From contig JBNZDD010013672.1 in the NCBI GenBank assembly GCA_050575255.1, positions 3,045,475-3,109,474 on the forward strand: DNA of 64,000 nucleotides, in the 5' to 3' direction. Shown here piece by piece: positions 13,101-25,100 of this stretch; position 1 is the stretch's first letter; each line of letters starts with the position of its first letter. The stretch comes from Harriotta raleighana (lineage: Eukaryota). The notes under the pieces are model-generated. The model saw nothing but the letters and a program-made list of their open reading frames with translations. It ran no database searches and was not told where the DNA came from. The translations under genes were made by a program, and so were the position numbers.

Positions 13101-16100
13101 ATTTCATTCTTTGTCTCTCAACATTCAGCCATAAAACAGAAGCAAAGGACACTCTCCTGAAAGGGTGTTAATGAAGCTTAAGGCAGCTGTGGGTCACGGA
13201 CAGACAGCTGACTCAATGGGTGGCATTTAACCTTTTGTGCTTCAGGCAGCATGCCTCAGATGCAACAATGTCCAAATGACTGCATGGGAAATGCCAAAAA
13301 AAGGTAACTGTCAAGTTAAAGTTTGTCACCATTGAAAGGAGAATTATAGATATCACCAATGAAGAGTTCATGGATTGACCATTACAAGATAGCACAGAGA
13401 GGGGAAGATTTCCAATACAGCAGCTCTTTTGGTGACTCCCCATATGTCAGTAAGTGAAGCCCAGCCTTACTGTCTGACAGGCCGGCCTTTATCTCGGCTA
13501 CCAAGTCTGTCTTCACATCATGATCATAAGAGGAAACTGTTTTCTTTAGGCAGAGTTTCAATGAGGCCTTTCTTCCTATGATCAGCACCTTGTTTAGGGT
13601 AAAGCCAGCTCCATTTCAATTGTTGCAGCACAGAATTTACAAAACGTTAGGAAGAACAGTGAGTTAGGGATGTTTGCACACGGGGATACTAGTTTTGGAA
13701 TGCACTTGAGAGAGAGGGGTTGAGTAGAAATACAAATTGCCAATACAAAATTACAAATTTATAACATCTTTCTTGTCAGGAGGACAACTCAAGGACTGGA
13801 AATATGTTATCTGACTGCAAAAACAATGGAATGGAACACCCCACACTCTCATAGGATTTGTATGAGGCTAAGGCATCAGCAGAGCTACAGAAAGAGGTTT
13901 AAATAAGATTGTTCGGAAATCAGGAGCTTAAATAAGATTTTACGTCCCTGAGTCAGGAGGTTGTGGGTTTGAGTGCTACATAGGGACTTTGAACTCCCAT
14001 GGTTGACACTCCAATTGCAGTGCTGGGGGTGTAATGGTGGTGACATCCTTCAGATGAGCCATTAAACCATACAAAAGATTCTGTCTGCCTGTTCAGGTGC
14101 CATTAAAGATTCCATGGTACAGCTTGAAGAGTAACGGCAATGTCTTAGCTAACAATCCCCCAGATAAAATTGGTCAATCACTTCACAGCAATTTGTGAGA
14201 CATTGCTATGCATAAATTGGCTGCCAAGTTTGCCTACAAAATACATCGCCATTACACTTCAAGCTAAATCTTCAAGCGCTTTGAGATGACCTCCAACATC
14301 AAATGTAAGCATTTTTAATGTTATTTTGCATTGGAGAACGTACCTCGAGAGGTCAGTGCATTTCCAGAGAGGAACCCCATATATGTACATTATGTATTGT
14401 ATTCTAATACACTGTACCGCTGTTAGCTGTTTAGTTTATTGTGAGTTTTATGTTACGCTTATGGAGTTCCTTGGGGGCAATTCACTTCAAATCCCAAAGA
14501 CTATTTACACACATCCCAAAAGCTATTTATGCTGCTGTATCCCCTGGGGAGCATTATTTTTAAACTCCATGCTGCCGTATTTTGAATTGCACTGACTTGC
14601 ATCGCTGGTTTCACTTTTCTTTGTTTCAGTTCAAAGCGGGTTTGGGTGAGGGGGGTTCGGTGAGGGGTGTGGGGAGGAAGGAGATGGATGGGTGGGGGGG
14701 TGGAGAGTAACCAATAATTTCTCCAAAACAAACTTGCTCGGACTAGATAAGCCTTTTTCTCTTTCAAACTGTTTAAAGCCGCAATGTGGCTACATTTCGA
14801 TCCTTTCATGTTAAACCCTATCATTCGCACCAAATTGCACTTAAAACAAAAGCCCTTTCTCAGAAGTTCCTGCAATCATTTTTTTTGGCAAGCTAGGAAT
14901 CGAAGGTGCGTTTTCGTCAGCTGGTGCCTCCGTGTGTTCCTGTTAATACTATTTGCCGAGCGAAGAGCAGGCCAGATGAAGGTTACAGCGAATAAAACGA
15001 GAGTTAAGGCATCAGGACTGCTGGCACAAAAAGCACAAAGATCAGTGAGAGGGATTGCATTTCATGTCATTCGGGCCGGAAAACATTGTTGATCTTTAAA
15101 AGTATCGGATTTAATTGTGGGGCAGGTTACCTTTAAGCTGTCACCGTAAAAGGTCGTTTTGTTGGATAACACTGGCTCTTTTATCTAAAAAATGTGAAAA
15201 ATTTCTATTTTGTTTTTTCAAAAAAAGATGGGAGCTTGCAGTTACTTTTTGGCCTGCTTGTAAGGACAGGGTTAAAGAAGGTTGGATTTAGGGCAAGCCA
15301 GAGAGAAAGGGTTATGTACCTATTTAATTTGTGTTTCATAGGGGGTTTTAACATATTTGAACTTGTAAGATAATGGATCATTAACTGAAAGACCCTTTTG
15401 GATGCAATAATAATAATCCTTGCATTTGTTGTACCGCCTTCACGTTGGGAGGACGATTTAAACTGCTATTGTAAAGTGTAGTGACTGTTTGTAAGTTAAC
15501 ACACAGGCCAATTTGTGCACAGCAAATTCCCACAAACAGCCGTGAAGTGAATAATCATTTCTACCTGGGAGATTTATCTGGGGGTATCAGTCTGGCTTGG
15601 TTGGTAACATTCTCACTCTTGAGTCAGATGTGGGTTCAAGCCCAAATGGGTACTTGGAACCCATTTAGCTGACAATGCAATACATTGCTGAGTGTGTGCT
15701 TCAAAGTTGGATGTGCTGTCCTTGAGGGCAGACTTGAAGCTGTCAGCCTGACCAGGTGAACGTTAAAGGTCCCATGACACTATTCAAAAAGAGCTGGTGA
15801 CTAAATTCCTCCCGCTCTCCTGGACACAAATCCCCCAGATAATATTGGTTATTTACTTCACGGACACTGAAGGACACTGCTGTGTGTAAATTGGCTGCCA
15901 TGTTCACCCATAACCATGAGGGAGGGAAGAGCCTATCAGTTGAAGGTCAGTTACTCAGGTATGTCTGAATTAGCGACAGCCTCAGTCCATCTTCTGATCA
16001 TGTTCACACCAAAAACCAACTCAGAATACTGAAACTGGCGTGAATAAATTGAGCGTTGATTTCATTCAATTGTAGCTGGTGACTAAATACAGTTTGACAT

Positions 16101-19100
16101 TATACAGGAGCCAGCACGTATTCGCCCACATCTTTGCATTACAGCAAGACTCGATTTACTTAAAATGAAACAGGTCTATGGTTGAATAGTTTGCTGATTG
16201 AAATCTGGAGAACGGAGCAGTGTGGCTCCACACATTGTGCGAATGTAACATTCGAGCCAAGACCAGCATGTCTGTCCTATTCAGACTGTGAAAGTACAGG
16301 TGCCAACAGCCTGTGAAACCACCATGAAGGTGTCATCAGGGACCAGCATTCTCCTCCTTAGTACTTCATCGCTGGGGAGGTCTGAATGTGCACAAGGCTA
16401 AGATTGTAAAGACTTGAAACCAGGAGAAGGGTATTTCTTCAGCTGCCTCTGAGATTCAGTCATGGTTCTTGGAAGTAGATTAAAGTTGTCCTTCAACACC
16501 TAAGGTATCCACAACACAAGCATCAAAGATTGTCTTTACCATCATTGCACTTGGGTTCTTCCCTCGTTGAAGGGTCTGTAGCTCCAGATTTTCACCTGGT
16601 TTTAACCTTAAGACTGCGGATTTACAATTTAAGATTCAGTGGATATTAAATGGGCCGAAATTCCAGTCGATGTACACATTTAGCCCACAAAATACAGTCA
16701 TTACATGTTACAATGCAAAATATAAAATGGATTGGCATTATTGTTATCGAGGGTTATTATATCACCTTAGCGTGTCTTAATTGCTACTGGGAAAGTCTAG
16801 CTTTCTCTTGAATGTACAGTTAACCCTCGTCGAAGGCGACTTTATCGATTGCGAATTCAAATATACGCGACAAAACAAAAGCATCACTTTCTTGTGCAGC
16901 GTGCGTAAAACTTTGGTATACGCGCTGGCTGGTCCCCACTCTCATGCGCACAGGTGAAGATGCCGATAGCTCCCGACTAAATCCGATGATTCCTCGGTTG
17001 GCTGGTAACATGCGCATGCAAATTTTTGACGAGGCTGGCGGATCCCGACTAAAGCTGAAGCCCCGTGCGCAATGCATTCTGGGTAAATAGAATAACGCTT
17101 TGGCCTCAGAGAATTGGAAAGTCTTATTGCGTAAACAGAAGAGACAGAGAGAGACAGGAATCGTACTACAATGTAGGCTAATCTACCCTGTTGTTTTATT
17201 GCTTTTTTTTTATTGCTTTACTGCTTTGTTATCACTTTATTATAGCAATAAAGCGATAACAAAGTCGCTGTAACCTTTCTGTGTCTGCCGTCCCCAGCAC
17301 TCTCCTATCAGCTCTCTCCCCTGCACTTCCGCGAGTTATCCCCCCACCCCCCCCTCCGATCGGCTCTCACCCCCGCACTTCCCCGAGTCCCCCCACCGCC
17401 TCCGAGTGATTCTCTGTTCCTCCCGTGCCCCCTCCTATCCGTTTATATCCTGTAAGGCGCTTTGAGACTTCCTTTTGATACAAATGACACCATATAAAAT
17501 GCATGCATGAATATTATGCTCATCGCAATTTCAAAAGCCAAGCAACAACCGCAGAGAGCCTGCATAGACTGTTCCATGGTGAATACTGTGAAAAGCGCTT
17601 TCTTCCCATTTGGCTTCCTGCAACTTCCTCAGTCCAAATCACTTCTGACTCACTGTAAATTCATTGGAGGCAGCAGGCAGCGATTCAAACCCACTGATGC
17701 AACTTAGGCTGCCATGGACCCATTATTGTGTGCTAACTGCTAACATGAGCTGACATCTGCTTTAAGGTGGGAGTGCATTGTTGAAAGCACGCAATGTAAA
17801 GTGAAAGCTCGGATAGTTGATCCTATTTGATTACTGTAGGGATAGATGTAACATGTAGAACTGGTTAGTGACGGAGCAGAAAGTTATCACAGCGCATTGA
17901 AAACAGATGTGCGCCAGTTGTTTTGCAGTTTTATTTTAGTTTTTTGTTTGCACTCAGTAGAGTCGGGGATCGTCAAATTATGCCTCGAGTCTCTGATTAA
18001 TGAAATGTTCTGAGCACACAGAATTGTGGAAAAATTCTTACTTCGATCCTTAATTTCAATCCAAAGTCATTTCAACCTACATCTGAAACAACAACAGCAA
18101 CCAAATTACATTAAGAGAGCACTTTTCACATCGGGAGGACGTCCCAAGTTACTGAACAGTCAGGACGGGACCCAAGCAAGCGAGAGGGGCAAGGTAGTGG
18201 GGAGAGGCGGAAGAGAGTTAGCAGAGGAGGGAAAGAGTTGGGAGGGCGCCAGAAGGCATGGTCGAAGAGAAGGCCTTGAGACCGGCCTTTGAAGGAGGTA
18301 AAGGAGGGAACGAGGCGAAAGGACTGTGGGATGGAGTTCCAGAGTGTGTGGGCAGAGAGGCTGAAAGCCCATCCGCTGATGGTAGGGTGGGTCGGGCGGG
18401 GGACATGGAGTAGGCCGGAACAGTCCTGTTACAGAAAGGCTATATTCCTAGGAAAAATTACAAATGATTCCCTGCTTTGATTGATCAAGGCAACTGTGTA
18501 AAGTATTACAAGCAGGAAAAAGCTAAACACTAATTATTACCATCCTGTCTGGGTGGGACTCAATAAATGGTGCCATGCAGGTGAGGGGAGACACAGATAA
18601 TTACATTCTCAGGTGATTCGTGCCTGTTTCTTTTGGTCTTCTCTTCATGATGTTTGGACACAAAAATTACTAATAACAATCCTTGCATTTCAAATAGCTC
18701 CTTTCACATCGGGAGGACGTCTTGCTTCACCAGGAAATACTGGTGTGCTTCATGCCCCCCATTTTGTGGTATGTGTGTGTGTGTGTGTCTCACTTCAGAC
18801 AGTGGGAGAAACTCCCTTCTCTTTGGATTCCATGGGTTTTTTGTGTCCACCTGAACAGCAGCTGGTAACTGGGTTTAAAGTCTCATGGAAAGCTAGACAT
18901 CTCTGATGATGCAGAGCGTTTCCCAGCCCTGCATTGGAGTGCATTGGAGTGCCAGCCTATAGTATGAGTTCAAAGTCCCGACTTGAGGCCGGAGCCTCCA
19001 ACCTTATAGTCCAAGAAGTCACCTGGCTGAAGGTCTGGCAGGCAGAATGCATTCCTGAGCTCACGTACATGCAGCCCCTAAAGTCACTGATGACCCGGAA

Positions 19101-22100
19101 GGTTAGAGGTACTTCTTTCTCCCTGTGGCATTTGTAGCATACCTCAGTGGTGGTGAATAATGAAGCGAAGTGGCTGAGATTCCTAAGGGCATGTGTCCTG
19201 TACCTTTGAAAGGCAGGGTTAAGAAAGAACTCGGAAGTGGATTTTTAAATAGGCTGGTGACAAAAACAGTAACCAACAATATTTTCACCCATTTTATAAT
19301 CAAAATCAGGCTTTAAGGCTCTCTTTCTATCCAAAATAATTGGTTGTACATTTCCTATCTGTTTCTAGGATATTACTGTTTGCTTTCACTATATTTAACA
19401 GTAAAGACTGTAAAGCTTTGAAATGTATGGTGTTATATCCAATGCAATAATTATTATTATTATTGAAGTGGAGTACTAGCCCTTTCGGCATTGGTCATTA
19501 ATGATATAATTATAATACTAATCCTTGCATTTGAAATAGCACCTTATCATGTCTTTGTGACATCTCCAAGTGCTTCATAGAGTATACTGCAAAGGGAATT
19601 GACTGTACATTTTGTAGGTAAAAGGGACAATCGTGCACAGTTGAGTCCTGCAAACAGTCGTGGATTGAGCATCAAATTATTATTTTAAAAATTTATTTTG
19701 AAAAGATTATTATCACGGGTAAAAGGGATCCTTCATTCGACTAACAATCAGGTTCCTACTTTACAACTAGATAAACTGAGGAGTGTGGAGTAAGGAAACT
19801 TGCCCAACATTTCGCCTTGCCTTGGAATGCAATTCACTCGCAAGGCGAGTGCTCTAACCACTAAGCTACAAGACTCCACAAGTCATGGCTATTTGTGGGA
19901 TATTACTGCACTCAAATTGGCTGCTGTGTTTATCCACGAAACACAGTTATCCACATTTCACAGTAAATCTTGTGAAACGCTTTGAGATGCTAAGTTTCAT
20001 TCAACTGACTCTGACATCCTTTTCGTCCATTTTCGAATGCAATTATTTTTATTATTATTCTCCTCTCCGCTGCACCAATGTCGGCCGTGCTTTCAGCCCC
20101 GAAACTCTGGAGCTCTCTGCCTCAATCCCTCTGCCTTGATCCCTCATTGCCCATCTTCAATTTCTGTCTGAAGACCTGCTTCTGCAACCATGCGTATAGT
20201 CACCTTCCTTCTCTCCCTGCTGTGAACCACTACTGTCAAGTGTTCTGAAATGCTACCTCTCATGAAATTAATGTAAATTGATGTTCCGTCAGCTGAAAAA
20301 ATACACAGTTACTCAACTCAATAGTATATCTTCAAAATCAACAAAATTACATTATTAGAGCGCCTTTCAAATCGGGAGGACGTCGCAAGACCCTATATCC
20401 TCAATAGTGGAGCCCTGTAGCTCAGTGAATAGAGTACAGCACTCGCCTTGCAAGCAAGAGACCTGGGTTCAATTCCAGGCAAGGAGAAACATTGGGCAAG
20501 TTTCCTTACTTCACGCGCCTAATAATAATCCCTTGAAAAAAATAATAAATTGGTCAAATTCAATTTCTCATAACAGCTGTTTATGGGACACTGCTGTGTG
20601 CAACTGGCTGGCGCGTTTCACCCACAAATATCCAGTCAATTCACTTTACAATCCAGTGTATTCTGTAATGCGCTTTAAGATGTCTAGAAGACGTAAAAAG
20701 CACTATATCCTGCATAACCACTGCTACATCAAATGCAAGGATTGTCCAAGTCTTTTATTTAAGCATTCATTCATCCCTTCCTTTCTCCTGATGGTAAAAT
20801 CTGCATGTTAAAATCTGTCGCTCAATCTGCAGAACACATGATGAATTATAGAGTAGGAATTGCTGTTAACTTTTTTTTAAGTAACACTACGGTTGTGTAG
20901 AATTTTGATTAACAACCGACCTGACCTCCTTTAAACCTGTAAACATTCCTTCAATGTGTCTTTGAAAAGCACCTGATAAACCCCTTTGAAGACTATAGTA
21001 TTCTTGCACTTTCTCTGATAGTAGCACCCACCCTTTCTCTTGCCTCTCTCGAACTGTAGACTCAACAATAGATAAATAGCAGACTACAGATGCTTCAATA
21101 ACAAGCCTCAGGTGGCATTGATTGGAAGTGATTTTAAGGTCATCTTTTTTTACACAATATTCTGACTTTGGAACTCTCTCCCTCAATCCCTAATTCCACA
21201 TTTTCAGATCACACCTGAAGCCCTTTCCCTTCGACCATGTTTCCAGTCGCCTTCCCCCAATTCGGTGTCGAACTACGCCACTGTTCAGCACTTTGAGACG
21301 CGAGAAGGGCACTATATAAATGCAATTTGTTGTTGTTGAGTGTTACCTAGTACTACCATGAGAGGATGCTCTGGAGCGAGCAGGAACCTGGCCGACTTTC
21401 CCTTTCTAACCCTGTGAAGGGCAGCTATTTGAACACATACTATTCAAACCATTGACATTCTAGTTCATCCGTTGCAGTTGTATCATCTGCACCATCCTCT
21501 GAAGCAACAACAACAACAAAATTGCATTTATAGAGCGCCTTTCACATCGGGAGGATGTCCAACTCTGCACCATCAGGGTCGTGTCAATCGCATGTTTCAT
21601 TTTAAGGATATGTTACACACTGCACACTTGTTCAAAGTATGGAAGAATTAAATGGAGGAAGGAACCGAAAACTGGAAATTCACAGTAATTCAACCAGCAT
21701 CTGACAGATTTATGTTTCTTTGGGATCGTGCCAATATCTCCTGGCTTTAGATTGGATTCCCATATCTGCAGCATTTGGGTTTTTTTCTCTGCTAATCTGA
21801 AAGAGTCGATCTATTTCCCTGAAGCTTTAGGTTCTTTCAGTACATCCAGTAGTCACAACTCCGTAATTAAAAGGTGACTTTACTTTGAGATTAAAGTAGA
21901 GGGTGAGGGGTGGGAAGGGAGAATTTATACCAGGTAATTCTGAGAGATGAAAGGCAGTGAAATTGATTGGCATAAATTGGCAAGACTCCCCTGAGCAGCT
22001 ATATCAGAGGCCGATCAGCGATCAGCTTTAGGCTGCTCAGGCACCTTAAACTCCGACCTTCACAGGACGAGGGTATCTACATTGTAGCAAGCTGAGGGTT

Positions 22101-25100
22101 GCTTTGCAATATTGAAGGAAGGAACAGATTTTCTTTGTGAGTGAAGGAAACTTGGCTTTTGCCGATCAATATCATGGTATCTGCAAAGATTATTTTACCA
22201 TCCTCCTTTCCTTAATGCATAGGCAGTGGTCTCTCCCTCTCATCATAATGTCCATTAATCATCTGTAAGACTTAGAGTGAGTGCTGGCCTGGTCTATTTA
22301 TAAAATAGCCTAATAAGCCTTGCATTGGATATAACGTCTTATCGCATTGTCAAAAGAGTGAGCATCCCTTTCCAACAATCAGTCTCTGGAATTTCCATAT
22401 GTAGGTGGGATGCCTGGGATTCTCATCTTGGTTTGGATACTCTTGAGCATGGTGATGGGCTTTTGCAAGTGTCACAAAAAAAAGTCAAAAATTTCCAACG
22501 CACTTCACAGGATTTACTTTAAAGTGTAGGCAATGTTTACTGTTAAAGTGTAGACAGCAATCACTTTGTGCACAACAATGTCCTACAAACATTCACAGGA
22601 TGACATCTCTGATGAAGCAGCAGTTCTCTGGCATTGGATCTAAGTTTCAGCCTAAACTGAGGACTCAGAGATTCCCAACATGAGACTTGAACCCGCAACC
22701 TTCTCAGAAGCGAAATTGCTCCCAACTGAAACCAAGTTGTCAGCTTTTTTCTGTAATTTCCTGCTCACTTAATTCCAGGATTAGTACCATCCGCAGACTG
22801 GTATGTATTCCCCTCTATTTCTATTTCCAGGTCATCGACCCTTGATGGACTTTGCTTGTCCTTTGCCTTGCAGCCAGACAATGTTCTCTTTTGTCCACAT
22901 CCAAATATCTTAACACATTTTAACACACTATTTATGTAAATGAACATGTCTGAAAAGCGTGTGATCAAACTCTGGAGAACTTGGTGTTTCGAGGGCTGTA
23001 AAATAATAATAATGTGATGGCCCATATCATTGTGCCTAATGAGGTCCGACTATATATGATGCAGGCATGTAGTGTATATTTATTCTTTACATATCATGCA
23101 TCAGTATATAAGTGATTGCTGCTCATATAAATACAATACATCCTCTTTGAGACATTTAGATTTAGGCAATACAATGGAGTACAAATTTACATTTATATAG
23201 CGCCTTTTATGTCGGAAGGATTTCCCAGCGAGCTCGACACTGCTTAATGGGCACCTGAGGGTGTTGGGGAGGCAAAAGATGACTGAAACGCACGGTCAAA
23301 GGGACCTTGAACGATGTGAGGGAGAGAGCAAGTCAGAGAGACTCTGGGATGGAGGTCCAGAGAGTGTGACAGAATGCGTGAAGACCCATCTGCCATTGGT
23401 GGGGCAGATAGGGACTGAGATGGGCATAACGTGTCATCAAGTGCAGATATTACTATTATTACTCTTGCTGCGAGTACAATTATGTAACTATCAGGCAGAT
23501 TTTGACGTGTAAACCTAGGAATGTGATTTATTCATCTGCATGATCCCTGAATTTTACAGGCCAGGTGGTGGATATAGTTGTGACCTTTACACCAGGGAGC
23601 CATCCCAAGCTCCACAAAACATGAGACTGGACTGTTTTATAGTCATTTCCGCTGTAATTGTTCAGGGCTGAAAGTGATGGGTGTTTTATAACTGGTTACA
23701 GATCAGGGCAGACTCCTGTGTAAATAAAGTCCCACTTCTTGCTGTTGAGGGCTAAACTGTGAGATTTTGCAAAATGATTTGTTTTTCTGTTGAGTGATTT
23801 GATGGAGAGGCGAGGGGCAATAGGCCGAGGAAGGTAACGGGCGGATTTGAATGGTCATGTAAGGGAGAAAAGTGCTGAGTGGCTGGGGGAGTAAGTTAAG
23901 GTTGAATGATTGACAGGGTCTCGGAGGGGAGGAAGAGCCATGGTTGAGTGGGGAGGGGTTGAGAGCTGTTTTTCAGTGGTTGATGGAGTGTCAAGGGCAA
24001 GCAGTCATTTAGACAGCTGTCAAACACACATGGAAACCCATCCCCATGCTTTGGAGTATCCAAACAAAACCACTGAGTATTTCATATCCTGGAACAGACT
24101 GTGCATTCTCTCCCTGGAGCAACAACGAGCAGTTCTCAATACAATTTCACCATCACTAGACTGGAATAGTTTCACAAATAGAAATCAAACATTACAATCA
24201 ACTCTTGCTGTCCACAAATTGGCTGTTTGCTTTCACCCACAACAATGCACAGTCACTCCACTTTACTGTATCCTGTGAAGCGCTTTGCGATATCCTTCTG
24301 ATATGAAAGGTGCTTTACAAAACTTAAGAGTTATTATCCGAATTCTGCTTCGCAAATCAAACGGCAGAATCCTAGTTACCAGCAGCCTCAGCCTCCAACA
24401 AAATACAGCTTAAAAGCACATTACACTTGGCTTGCAAGAGAGCTCTACATTACCAGGTGTGGGTAAATCCCACCAATTAAAGCATATGCTGTATTTTAAA
24501 ACTCTGGGGAGCAGTTAAATGAATTGGCAGGAAATAGAAAACAAATGAGGCTTTGACCATGCAATTGTTTCCAGAGATATAAGGCCACGGAGAACTGAAA
24601 TTACCAGATAAATGTTTGGAAATGAGTTAAATTGGTGTGGATTTGAGAATGAATGTCGTTTGCAATTAACCTGCAAACTTTGTGGTCTGTTACCCAGCAC
24701 AGTGTGGGAGTAGGGCAGGGCATTGGGATTGAAAGAACAGTTTGCTCTGAGAGACGATGTGAACCTGGTGGGCGGAATGGCGTCCTTGTGCTCTAAATTT
24801 CTAAGATTCTGTGATCATTTTGAGGCAACTTAAAGTGGAAGTGTGTAGTGTTTCATTTTAAAGATTTCAAAATATAATTGGATCAAAATCAGAGAATTAG
24901 CAGCAATCAGGGAGACTACATGGCTTACAATAAGGTGGATAAAGGTGGAGTCCTGTAGTTCAGTGGTTAGAGCGTTCACCTCACAAGCAAGAGATCTGGG
25001 TTCAATTCCTGTCAGAACGAAACCTAGTTTCCTTACTCCACATGCCTGGTAATAATCCTGCATAAAAAAGAAACAATTGGTCACTTCAATCCACGACTGT

